DNA from: Clostridia bacterium
GTDB lineage: Bacteria > Bacillota > Clostridia > UMGS1883
Assembly: GCA_045604905.1 (NCBI GenBank)
Contig: JAZUOX010000038.1
Coordinates: forward strand, 15,866-79,865
Length of the DNA: 64,000 nt
Direction: 5' to 3'
Made by a program: the position numbers and the translations under genes. The stretch's first letter is position 1. Every line of letters starts with the position of its first letter. The notes under the pieces were generated by a model that saw only the letters and a program-made list of their open reading frames with translations, was not told the origin of the DNA and ran no database searches. This document shows positions 48,042-59,974 of this stretch, in pieces.

Positions 48042-48722
48042 ATGAACAATATACTTACAGTTAAAAATCTTGCCGTTTCCTACGGCAGCAAAACAGTTAT
48101 AAACAACATAAATTTCACTGTCAGCGCAGATGACTTTCTGGTGATTTTCGGTGTTAACGGAAGCGGAAAAAGCTCTCTTCTGAAAACTCTTCTTTCGCTT
48201 AAAACACCTTCTATGGGAGAAATCATTTTCGGTGATGGTCTTAAAAGAGAAGAAATCGGATACCTGCCACAGATTACTCCTGAGCAAAAGGACTTCCCTG
48301 CATCTGTATGGGAGGTAGTATTGTCAGGCACCGTTAACAGGCTCGGACTGCGCCCGTTCTACGGGAAAAGGGAAAAGGCTCTTGCCAAAAAGAATATGGA
48401 GCTTCTCAATATATATGACCTCAGAAAAGAATGTTTTCGCAATCTTTCCGGAGGGCAGAAACAGAGAGTTCTGCTCGCAAGAGCACTCTCATCTGCAGAA
48501 AAGCTTCTTATTCTCGATGAGCCGACCTCAGGTCTTGACCCGGTTGCGTCAAAGGATTTTTACGAAGCTATTTCTCTTATAAACAGAAACGGTGTGTGTA
48601 TAATTATGGTATCTCATGATACGGCATCCGCACTTAATATGGCAAAGCACGTTCTTGATATAGGCAATCATACTGCACTGTTTTTCGGCAGCTCTGAAGA
48701 ATACAAAAAGTCACATTCTTGA
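48042..48722 (+). CDS. znuC: Metal (zinc-type) ABC transporter ATPase
   Basis: GVNGSGKSSLLK, LSGGQKQRVLLARAL and LILDEP. The ATG at 48042 follows GAGG. Confidence 0.85.
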   Translation: MNNILTVKNLAVSYGSKTVINNINFTVSADDFLVIFGVNGSGKSSLLKTLLSLKTPSMGEIIFGDGLKREEIGYLPQITPEQKDFPASVWEVVLSGTVNRLGLRPFYGKREKALAKKNMELLNIYDLRKECFRNLSGGQKQRVLLARALSSAEKLLILDEPTSGLDPVASKDFYEAISLINRNGVCIIMVSHDTASALNMAKHVLDIGNHTALFFGSSEEYKKSHS

Positions 48723-48736
48723 AAGGAATTATAATA

Positions 48737-49558
48737 ATGGAGACAATTATCACCTTATTTTCATATCCGTTTCTGACAAGGGCACTTGTTGTGGGTATTC
48801 TTGTGAGCTTGTGCGCTTCTATGCTCGGTGTAAATCTTGTTCTTAAGCGTTATAGTATGATTGGTGACGGCTTAAGTCATGTATCTTTCGGTGCACTTGC
48901 AGTTGCCGCTGCACTTAATATGGCTCCTCTTGCAGTATCTGTACCGGTAGTTGTTATTGCTGCGTTTATTATGTTGCGTATGACAGAAAAAAGTACTATC
49001 GGCGGTGACAGTGCCATTGCCGTTTTTTCATCGGCAGCTCTTGCGACAGGAATCATTGTAACAAGTCTTCCCGGTGGCATTAAAATAGATGTCCGCAATT
49101 ATATGTTCGGAAGTATTTTATCTATGAGCGAAACAGATGTTACAGTAAGTGTTATCCTTTCTGTAACAGTTATCCTCGTATATATTCTCTTTTACAACAG
49201 GATTTTTTCCATAACTTTTGACGAGAACTTCAGCCGCGCAACAGGTGTACGGGTAAACCTTTATAATATGACTCTTGCCGCACTTACTGCGGTTACCATA
49301 GTTATCGGTATGCGTATAATGGGCGCACTTTTAATATCCAGCCTTGTAATTTTCCCCGCACTTAGTGCTATGCGTATTTGCAGATATTTCAAGCGGGTTA
49401 TAATTCTGAGTGCAATAATCAGTGTCACTTGTTTTGTTATAGGATTGATTTCGTCCTATTTTTTTGAACTTCCTGTGGGAGCAAGCGTTGTTGCGGTAAA
49501 TTTTGCAGTTTTTGTTCTTTGTTTTATTTTTTCGGGAATAAAATCTGCAAACAATTGA
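48737..49558 (+). CDS. znuB: Metal ABC transporter permease (ABC-3 family)
   Basis: About 8 TM helices in the ABC-3/ZnuB-like pattern. The ATG is at 48737. Confidence 0.8.
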   Translation: METIITLFSYPFLTRALVVGILVSLCASMLGVNLVLKRYSMIGDGLSHVSFGALAVAAALNMAPLAVSVPVVVIAAFIMLRMTEKSTIGGDSAIAVFSSAALATGIIVTSLPGGIKIDVRNYMFGSILSMSETDVTVSVILSVTVILVYILFYNRIFSITFDENFSRATGVRVNLYNMTLAALTAVTIVIGMRIMGALLISSLVIFPALSAMRICRYFKRVIILSAIISVTCFVIGLISSYFFELPVGASVVAVNFAVFVLCFIFSGIKSANN

Positions 49559-49660
49559 AAAATTATGTATTAATTTTAAATTTTTGGCAAAATGACTTGT
49601 AAAACCCGTTTTATTATTATATAATACTTGGGTATCAAGAAAGAAAGGTGGTATTTTCGG

Positions 49661-50269
49661 ATGGAGTCCCACAAGTGGAAAGCTTTTTTCTCTTACTATA
49701 AATGGCATCTTGCTTTCCTTTTGCTCGTAATTATATGTGTTGCGTTTATATTCGGCAGTATATCAACATCATACGAAGTCGATTTGTATGTCGGTTATAT
49801 AGGCCTTGGTTCAGGCTATATGAAAGAGCAGGAATTTGAAGACGGTAAGGGCGATTTTGAAAAGTTACTTAAAGATGCTACCGGTGACGAAGCAAAGCAT
49901 GCCGCTATAAATGTAATTAATGTCAACAAAGACAAAGAGGGGTTAAGTATACTCGAACAAATGATTGAGACAAAGTCTTATCATATATACATTGCTCCAA
50001 AACAAATCTTTGCCAATCACCCCAATAAAGATGATTTCGCCCAGCTTCTTAAGCCTGACGCAAATGTCGAAAATCTTACCGACGACCGTGGTCGTATATA
50101 TGCGATATCTCTTGCAGGTAATACTTATATAGAAAAACTTGGACTTCGTGATCCTTCCGAATTCTATATTGCGGCAGCCTCCTTCCAGGATGAGGAGTTG
50201 TCCGATTTTGAAAAGAATGGGATTAATATAACAAACTATATTGTAGAAAGCAGAAAGAAATTCAATTAA
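49661..50269 (+). CDS. Membrane-anchored protein of unknown function
   Basis: One N-terminal TM helix (HLAFLLLVIICVAFIFGSI) and a ~170-aa acidic ectodomain. It has its own promoter-like TTGTAA-17-TATAAT upstream. The ATG at 49661 follows AGGTGG. Confidence 0.5.
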   Translation: MESHKWKAFFSYYKWHLAFLLLVIICVAFIFGSISTSYEVDLYVGYIGLGSGYMKEQEFEDGKGDFEKLLKDATGDEAKHAAINVINVNKDKEGLSILEQMIETKSYHIYIAPKQIFANHPNKDDFAQLLKPDANVENLTDDRGRIYAISLAGNTYIEKLGLRDPSEFYIAAASFQDEELSDFEKNGINITNYIVESRKKFN

Positions 50270-50288
50270 CAAGAAAGGATGATTTTTT

Positions 50289-50660
50289 ATGTTAACAGCT
50301 TATGCAGCAGAAGCAGCAAATCAGGCACAAGCCCCACAGGGTGGCATGGGCGGTATGCTCATCTCAACTTTACTTATGGTGGTAGTGTTCTATTTTCTTC
50401 TTATCCGTCCTCAGAAAAAGCGTCAGCGTCAAATGCAGAATATGATTGATTCAATGCGTAAAGGTGACGAAATTGTGACAATCGGCGGAATTATGGGCAA
50501 GGTGTTTGACATCAGACAGGATTGTGTTGTAATCACAACAAGCGCAGACGAAACTAAGATGAAGTTTGAGAAAAGCGCTATCGCAAAGGTTCTCACAGTT
50601 CATGATGAGGATGTTCCCGAAGAAAAGCCGAAGTTCGGATTTTTCAAGAAAAACAAATAA
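50289..50660 (+). CDS. yajC: Preprotein translocase subunit YajC
   Basis: LLMVVVFYFLLIRPQKKRQ..KGDEIVTIGGIMGKV. Confidence 0.9.
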   Translation: MLTAYAAEAANQAQAPQGGMGGMLISTLLMVVVFYFLLIRPQKKRQRQMQNMIDSMRKGDEIVTIGGIMGKVFDIRQDCVVITTSADETKMKFEKSAIAKVLTVHDEDVPEEKPKFGFFKKNK

Positions 50661-50682
50661 GCCGGATTGTAATAATCAAAAA

Positions 50683-50718
50683 CGCCTCCGAATAGAATTT
50701 ATTCGGAGGTGCTTTTTT
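50683..50718 (+). terminator. Intrinsic terminator of yajC (3' arm contains the next gene's SD)
   Basis: Stem CGCCTCCGAAT / ATTCGGAGGTG, then CTTTTTT, followed immediately by the ATG at 50719. Confidence 0.75.
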
Positions 50719-51093
50719 ATGAAATTATCAGTTTCTTTTAAAAAATACATATTACCGTTTCTTCTTTCGCTGGGAATAACCTTTGTTCTTACAGGACTTT
50801 TGTCTCTTCTTTTTTCCGCTGTCAATCCTCCCGATGCTGTAAGTAATTTTGTAAGCAGACATATGTATTGCGTGTGTGCAGCAATTTCCGCGTTTTTATC
50901 AGCAAGAAAAGCAGGGAGAAACGGACTCATTACAGGAGCCGTCAGCGGAAACATAAGTACTCTTATTCTTATTCTTGCAGGAATTCTTATCCTTAAGAAT
51001 CCTTTTCCGGGAAAATCCTTACCTTTACTTACTCTTTTGAGTACTCTATTCGGTGCAATTTTCGGAGTAATCGGAATAAATTTCAAAAAATAA
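50719..51093 (+). CDS. Small 4-TM membrane protein (TIGR04086/YrzE-like?)
   Basis: MKLSVSFKKYILPFLLSLGITFVLTG.. with four hydrophobic helices. The longer track ORF overlaps yajC and is rejected. Confidence 0.5.
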   Translation: MKLSVSFKKYILPFLLSLGITFVLTGLLSLLFSAVNPPDAVSNFVSRHMYCVCAAISAFLSARKAGRNGLITGAVSGNISTLILILAGILILKNPFPGKSLPLLTLLSTLFGAIFGVIGINFKK

Positions 51094-51119
51094 AGGGGGC
51101 TGTGCCCCTTTTATTTTTT
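51085..51119. terminator. Bidirectional intrinsic terminator (small membrane protein / AGCS symporter)
   Basis: Stem AAAGGGGC / GCCCCTTT with a 3-nt loop, flanked by an A-run and a T-run. Confidence 0.8.
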
Positions 51120-52421
51120 GAAATAATCTTCAGTAATTCTCTTTACGGTATACCCCTGAGCTATTACTGCCATAAGGTTCGGCACTGCCATAAGGGCATT
51201 CATTATTTCTGATATACTCCATACTACATCAAGACGGCTTACTGCCCCTACAAAAACAAAAGCCACATATATTATTCTGTATAAAGACACTGCTTTTTCT
51301 GATTTTTGCGACAGATATTCCACGCATACTTCTCCGTAATATGCCCACCCGAAAATTGAAGAAAGAGCAAAAAGCACCGTTGCAATATTTACACCCACAC
51401 TGCCTGTGTTTCCTATGGCACTTTTAAAAGCATTTGCACTGAGGACTGCACCGTCAAGGGAAGTTGTTTTCCACAAACCGCTTGTAAGAATCACAAGGGA
51501 GGTCAGTGTGCATATAATGCCCGTTGTAAAAAACACCTCAAACATTCCCCATAACCCCTGCTCCGCCGGATGCTTTGCATCTGCACTGCCGTGAGCCATA
51601 GGTGCACTGCCAAGCCCTGCTTCATTTGAAAATATTCCTCTTGAAAACCCGTACTGCAGTGCGCCTCCTAATATTGCCTCGGGCCTTAACGCATTTTTAA
51701 AAATAAGTGAAAACGCTGACGGAATTTCTTTTATATTTACTAAAAGGACTGCCACTCCGCAAACAATATAAAAAACAGCCATAAATGGCACAAGTTTTTC
51801 ATTCACCTTTGAAATTGCACCTATTCCGCCAAAAATAACTGCCGTTAAAATAACCGAAAGCACCGTTCCCGTTATCCACGGAGAAATCTCTGCCGCGTCG
51901 TACATCACTCCCGAAATGGCGTTTGACTGAACGGTATTCCCCATACCAAAGCTTGCAAATATTGCAAAAACGCAGAACGAAACTGCAAGCCAGCGCTTTT
52001 TTACCGACTTTTCAATATAAAACATCGGTCCGCCGATGTGCTTTCCCTCGCTGTTTTTTTCGCGGTAATGCACGGAAAGCAGAATTTCCGAATATTTCGT
52101 TGCCATACCCAAAATACCGCTTACCCACATCCAGAAAACAGTCCCCGGACCGCCTAAAGTAATTGCAGTTGCTATCCCTGTAATACTGCCTGTTCCGATA
52201 GTCCCTGCAAGTGCCGTTGACATTGCCTGAAAGGGGGTTATCCCGTCTTTCTGCTTTTTCTTTTTTTTAAACATTTTTAAAGCAGTATTTTTAATCATAT
52301 ATCTGAATTTGAAAAACTGTATAAATCCCGTTTTAAAAGTAAGATATATTCCCGAAAAAACCAGTAAAGCTATCATCCATTTTCCCCATAACAGAGAATT
52401 TATTTCAGATAAAAATTCCAT
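51111..52421 (-). CDS. Alanine/glycine:cation symporter (AGCS) family transporter
   Basis: MWVSGILGMATKYSE and the overall AGCS pattern. I prefer the ATG at 52421 (MEFLSEIN..), with AAGGAG 9 nt upstream. Confidence 0.85.
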   Translation of the reverse strand: MEFLSEINSLLWGKWMIALLVFSGIYLTFKTGFIQFFKFRYMIKNTALKMFKKKKKQKDGITPFQAMSTALAGTIGTGSITGIATAITLGGPGTVFWMWVSGILGMATKYSEILLSVHYREKNSEGKHIGGPMFYIEKSVKKRWLAVSFCVFAIFASFGMGNTVQSNAISGVMYDAAEISPWITGTVLSVILTAVIFGGIGAISKVNEKLVPFMAVFYIVCGVAVLLVNIKEIPSAFSLIFKNALRPEAILGGALQYGFSRGIFSNEAGLGSAPMAHGSADAKHPAEQGLWGMFEVFFTTGIICTLTSLVILTSGLWKTTSLDGAVLSANAFKSAIGNTGSVGVNIATVLFALSSIFGWAYYGEVCVEYLSQKSEKAVSLYRIIYVAFVFVGAVSRLDVVWSISEIMNALMAVPNLMAVIAQGYTVKRITEDYFKK

Positions 52422-52456
52422 AAAAAACAACTCCTTTATACATTATAAAGGAGTTG
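52421..52456 (-). terminator. Intrinsic terminator after the creatininase-family gene (3' arm contains the symporter's SD)
   Basis: 13-bp perfect stem CAACTCCTTTATA / TATAAAGGAGTTG with a 3-nt loop. On the minus strand it is followed by UUUUUU and then AUG. Confidence 0.75.
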
Positions 52457-52473
52457 TTTTCTCATTATGAAGT

Positions 52474-53271
52474 TTATTTTGAGTTTTCTTCGAGGTAGTT
52501 TACAAATTCTACAAGTCCTTCGACCATTTCATCGCAAACCTTTTTTCCAATTTCGGGAGTTGCCTTTTCTGGGAATCCCATGACGCCAACTTCAATCTCG
52601 TCACGCTGACCGACTGTTTCAACAACAAACGGATGTTCAAGAGGCTTTGTACGTTTTTCGAACCAGTCCTGATCGCTTCGCATCATTCTTGATGTATACT
52701 CGTCATCCATAGTAAGATTTTCCATCTGTACAAGTTCGGGTTTCCAGTACATCATAAGAGATGTTTCTATAAGTCCTGCGTGAAAATCGTGCTCAGGCTC
52801 CATAGCAAAGCCGTCAAGCCATGTAGGTGACAAATCCCAACATTCCACGAGAGAAAGAGTGATTTTCTTTGCAAGTTCCTCATCACGTCTTAAGAGCATC
52901 TGGAGAGTGTTTTTAAGCGCTGCCTTATTGTCAGTACCTGCGTGACCTAAGAGAACAACAATATTCTTAAATCCGATACGCACAAATTCACTGCAGATTT
53001 CCGAAATAAGAAGGCCGAAGGTGTTTGGGCTTACATTTATAGTTCCGGGGAGCGTTCCGCCAGAAAAGCAGTAGTTAACAGATGGAGCAATGACAGCATT
53101 AAGTCTGTCCCCTGCTTTTCTGGTAAGCTCGACAGAATTATGTATATCCGTACTTAAAGGAAGATGATAACCGTGCTGTTCAACAACGCCTACGGGGATA
53201 ATAACGGTATGAGTTTTTTCCATAGCAATACGCATATCGCGTACGCTTATTTCTTCCATATAAAAAGCCAT
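52474..53271 (-). CDS. Creatininase-family amidohydrolase
   Basis: IIPVGVVEQHGYHLPLSTD and LLGHAG motifs. The RBS is AAGGAG. Confidence 0.85.
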   Translation of the reverse strand: MAFYMEEISVRDMRIAMEKTHTVIIPVGVVEQHGYHLPLSTDIHNSVELTRKAGDRLNAVIAPSVNYCFSGGTLPGTINVSPNTFGLLISEICSEFVRIGFKNIVVLLGHAGTDNKAALKNTLQMLLRRDEELAKKITLSLVECWDLSPTWLDGFAMEPEHDFHAGLIETSLMMYWKPELVQMENLTMDDEYTSRMMRSDQDWFEKRTKPLEHPFVVETVGQRDEIEVGVMGFPEKATPEIGKKVCDEMVEGLVEFVNYLEENSK

Positions 53272-53285
53272 TTTATTATTCTCCT

Positions 53286-54371
53286 TTATTCAAAATAAGA
53301 TAAATCGGGCATTTTAAACATCTTTCCACCGTGCTTAGCGGAAATATCTGCGTAAATACCGGGCATAGCAATATTAATACCGAATTCAATATCAAGGGGC
53401 GGTTTTGTATCGTTTACAATACAATTCACAAACGCTTCCATCATCTTGGGATCCGCGCCTCCGTGACCGTCCTCCCCTGCTCCGGGATAGCCTGCACCAA
53501 CGGGAATTTCGATAGCTGTTTTAGTGTTAGGTATACACTCGAGATGTGCGTGGGTATCGTTATCCTTGAAGCCTTTCCAAACCTGCGTTTCAAGAGAACC
53601 CTTAGAACCGTACATTGTATAACCATGACCTGTATGGTGATGAACACCGAAGCCAACGTATATCTTAATAAGAGTACCCTTCTTGGTTTTAATCATCGCA
53701 ACACCATCGGGAGGTGCGGGATGGCAGTCTTCAATGGGGTTGATTCCGGGCTGAAAACCTGTTATTTCATCGCAGGTGTCGTCAAGTATATAAAGAAGTG
53801 GGCCAAGGTCATGGGTAAGATATGTAATAGAAGAGAGATATGAACGCCATGTAATTTCCCTACCGGGTTCAAGGTGTAGATGTGAGTGCAGATAATCTGC
53901 CTCTGCAAATACCACCTGACCGAGAAGTCCGTCTTTGTACATTTTCTTCCATGTATCGGCAAATGCCCAGTAGCAGCAGTTTTCCGCAACCATAAATTTC
54001 TGATTGGGATTAGCCTTTACTGCACGGTAAAGCTTTCTTGCATCTTCCTCACTTGCAATATTGGGGATTTCGCAAAGAACGTGCTTTCCTGCATTAAGGC
54101 AGTCAACTGAAATATCTGCATGGCTTGAAACGTGCGTTGCAACGATAACCGCCTCAACATTGCTTTCAAGAAATTTATCATAAGAATCAAAATATTTTAC
54201 ACCTGTTATTTTCTTTTCGTCCTCGAGCATATCCTTACATTTCTGAAGATTTGCAGGATCTTTATCACACACTGCATAAGCCTCTACATTCGGATTATCA
54301 ATAAGAACCGAAAAAAGGTATCTTCCTCTGGGTCCTGTACCGATAACGCCAACTTTAATTTTTTTATCCAT
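53286..54371 (-). CDS. Gfo/Idh/MocA-family oxidoreductase
   Basis: N-terminal Rossmann IKVGVIGTGPRGR and EIP motifs. The ATG is at 54371. Confidence 0.85.
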   Translation of the reverse strand: MDKKIKVGVIGTGPRGRYLFSVLIDNPNVEAYAVCDKDPANLQKCKDMLEDEKKITGVKYFDSYDKFLESNVEAVIVATHVSSHADISVDCLNAGKHVLCEIPNIASEEDARKLYRAVKANPNQKFMVAENCCYWAFADTWKKMYKDGLLGQVVFAEADYLHSHLHLEPGREITWRSYLSSITYLTHDLGPLLYILDDTCDEITGFQPGINPIEDCHPAPPDGVAMIKTKKGTLIKIYVGFGVHHHTGHGYTMYGSKGSLETQVWKGFKDNDTHAHLECIPNTKTAIEIPVGAGYPGAGEDGHGGADPKMMEAFVNCIVNDTKPPLDIEFGINIAMPGIYADISAKHGGKMFKMPDLSYFE

Positions 54372-54445
54372 AACTAAACCGCCTTTCAACTTTATTTGGT
54401 TTTATGAGTTAATTATAGGCAGTTTTTGCTGTTAATTCTACAATT

Positions 54446-55339
54446 TTATTCTGTAAAACATAAATTATATTTGGTTTTTTTAAATTCCGTAGGGGTTTTT
54501 CCTGTTATTTTCTTAAAAGCTTTGTTGAAATTTGCAGCATTGTTGAATCCGCACATAGTTGCAATTTCTGTTATGTTATATTTCGATTTTTCTATTACAA
54601 GGTAGCTGATTGCAAGCTCAATACGCATTTTCAGTATATACTCCCACACAGTGTATCCCGTGGTACGCTTGAAAGTTGTTGAAAAATATGTCTTATTCAT
54701 ATTTGCAATACCGGCTAAATCCTCAAGCGTTATATTCTCACTTAAATTCCGGTTTATATAAATCATTATCTTTTCAATGGAAGTATTGCGTTTTTTAACG
54801 GTTTCTGTAACACCGTCTGAAATATCATCATAATACTGAAGCAAAAGAGTATATATAAGTATCATCTGTGCACGGACAACCTGATGGGTGAGTTTCTTTT
54901 CCTCTTTGAATTCATCCCTCATATTAATGAGCACCTTCCCGATTTTCTCAGCACCCCGGGAATTCTTTTTTATTAGGCAATCACCGTTGTGAAGCTTTAC
55001 AAACAGTCTTTCAAGGTCACCGCTATCGAAAACAATAAATTCCTCTGTTATAAATCCCCGTATGTCAAATTCTACAGAAATGGTGTCAAATCCTTTCGGA
55101 TCTACAAAATAAAGCTGATGCGCCTGCATACTGTCATAGAGGATAATATCTCCCTCTTCCACATCAAAATTTCGCTCATACCCTGTTCTTATACTTCCGC
55201 TTCCCTTTGTTACAAGAGTAATCTGCATTTTCTGATGATATTCGGGCTTTTTCATTTCTTTTCTTCCGATATTTTCGGAAAGCGTTAATATAATTCTTTC
55301 ACCGGGATACTCAAATAACTGATATATGTTCTCTGTCAT
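54446..55339 (-). CDS. AraC-family transcriptional regulator
   Basis: C-terminal HTH (NKTYFSTTFKRTTGYTVWEYIL..GFNNAANFNKAFKKITGKTPTEF). The ATG at 55339 follows AGGTGG. Confidence 0.9.
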   Translation of the reverse strand: MTENIYQLFEYPGERIILTLSENIGRKEMKKPEYHQKMQITLVTKGSGSIRTGYERNFDVEEGDIILYDSMQAHQLYFVDPKGFDTISVEFDIRGFITEEFIVFDSGDLERLFVKLHNGDCLIKKNSRGAEKIGKVLINMRDEFKEEKKLTHQVVRAQMILIYTLLLQYYDDISDGVTETVKKRNTSIEKIMIYINRNLSENITLEDLAGIANMNKTYFSTTFKRTTGYTVWEYILKMRIELAISYLVIEKSKYNITEIATMCGFNNAANFNKAFKKITGKTPTEFKKTKYNLCFTE

Positions 55340-55427
55340 AATGCACCCACCTTTCAAAACCAAATATAGTTTAACATATAAAAAAGAAAGAGGCAATATT
55401 TCTGCATCGAAATACTGCCTTTTTATA

Positions 55428-58295
<2,868 letters not shown>

Positions 58296-58365
58296 TTATT
58301 ACACATTAACCTAATTTTCAACATAAATATATTGCATTTTATATAATTATATTTCAGGTGTTGTT

Positions 58366-59163
58366 ATGAAAACAAAAATTTACAGTGATAATCTTCCCCC
58401 GCTTCCCCTTTATCCGTCAACCATTGCACTGAATTTCAATCAGCCGGGAATCTCCAGACCTTGCGGCTATCCTTTTGACGAGGTTTTTGTTGTAAAATCC
58501 GGCAGTGGTGTTCTGCATATCGGAGAAGAAGCCTTTACACTTCAGAAAAACGATATGTTTTATCTTCGTGGGAATATTCCACATGCATACTATCCTTTGG
58601 AAGACGGCCTCTCAACTGATTTTCTTTCTTTTTTTGGAAACAGTAACGATAGCATACGAGAATATTACTGTCTTGGCAATTACGGAATATACAAAAATAA
58701 AAGTTCAAGCTCTTTTGCATCAGAGCTTTTAAAACTGTTCGAAAATTTTGACTCTACACACAAACTTTCAACGCTTTCCGCTATGACCTACTCTGCTGTA
58801 ATAGCTTTTTTTGACGAGGCAAATAAAAAAGAATACACCCCTATAGAAAAGGTGTACAACTATCTTGAGGCGAATTATTCAAAGCCCGTCACTCTGGAGA
58901 ATTTACTTACCTTTTATCCCTATTCCAAAACAAAGCTATGCACTGATTTTAAGTGTACTTACGGCAGAAGCATTTTCGATGCACTTACAGAAATCCGCAT
59001 TAATCACGCACAGAAAATGCTTTCTCTCAATCCACACATTACATTAAAAAACATCGCCGAAGCATCCGGCTTTGGCGATGTAAGCTACTTTTGTAAAATA
59101 TATAAAAAGCTAATGGGAACAACTCCTAAAAGTTCATATCTTCGGGAAGGGGAGCTAAGATAA
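58366..59163 (+). CDS. AraC-family transcriptional regulator (cupin + HTH)
   Basis: C-terminal HTH (GFGDVSYFCKIYKKLMGTTPK). Divergent from GH2. Confidence 0.9.
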   Translation: MKTKIYSDNLPPLPLYPSTIALNFNQPGISRPCGYPFDEVFVVKSGSGVLHIGEEAFTLQKNDMFYLRGNIPHAYYPLEDGLSTDFLSFFGNSNDSIREYYCLGNYGIYKNKSSSSFASELLKLFENFDSTHKLSTLSAMTYSAVIAFFDEANKKEYTPIEKVYNYLEANYSKPVTLENLLTFYPYSKTKLCTDFKCTYGRSIFDALTEIRINHAQKMLSLNPHITLKNIAEASGFGDVSYFCKIYKKLMGTTPKSSYLREGELR

Positions 59164-59974
59164 CCGTTCTATCTTTCGTTTCAGGATGTATGAATACAAG
59201 CTTTCTGCAGTGAAGACGTGTTCTTTCTCCCTTTTGCGGTGCACCGTACATACTGTCACCGTATATTGGACATCCAATGTGCGAAAGATGCACCCGTATC
59301 TGATGAGTTCTGCCTGTTTTCGGGAAAAGTTTCACAAGAGAAATCTCATCTTTTTTAATAACTTCATATTCCGTTAAGGCAGGTTTTCCGTTTTGGGAAA
59401 CCTTTCTTTTTATCCCCGTGCCACGGTCAATGGGGGCATTAACTGCGCCTGTTGCGTTTTCAGGACAACTGTTCACAATGGCAATGTACTCTTTTTGTAT
59501 GTTGCCGTTTTTCATTTTTTCTGTAAGTATTTTTGCTGCGTGGGGATTTTTCGCAATGAGTACAACTCCCGATGTATCTCTGTCTAGCCGTGTTATTATG
59601 TGGATGCCTGCATCCTCACCAAGATAATTTTTGAGTCCGTTTGCAAGTGTGTCCGAAGTATGATTTCTTGACGGATGCACAGGCATATTGCAAGGCTTAT
59701 TCACTGCGATTATATCTTCATCTTCAAAAAGTATTTCAAGGGGAATTTGTGAACCCTCAATGCCGTTTTCTTTTTCTTTAATGCTGACAGAAAGTATGTC
59801 CCCCTCTTTTACTTTTGTAATCATCCTTTCACTTTGTCCGTTAAGGGTGACTGCACCGTCTGTTCTCTTTAGTTTTGCAATAAGGGAACGTGAAAACTGC
59901 AGTTCTTTTTCAATGATTGATTCAATTCTTCTGCCCGATAACTCTGGAGTTATCTCAATTTTGATTGTTTTCAT
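59126..59974 (-). CDS. RluA-family pseudouridine synthase with S4 domain
   Basis: ITRLDRDTSGVVL, GRTHQIRVH and an N-terminal S4-like segment. Confidence 0.9.
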   Translation of the reverse strand: MKTIKIEITPELSGRRIESIIEKELQFSRSLIAKLKRTDGAVTLNGQSERMITKVKEGDILSVSIKEKENGIEGSQIPLEILFEDEDIIAVNKPCNMPVHPSRNHTSDTLANGLKNYLGEDAGIHIITRLDRDTSGVVLIAKNPHAAKILTEKMKNGNIQKEYIAIVNSCPENATGAVNAPIDRGTGIKRKVSQNGKPALTEYEVIKKDEISLVKLFPKTGRTHQIRVHLSHIGCPIYGDSMYGAPQKGERTRLHCRKLVFIHPETKDRTVILAPLPEDMNF

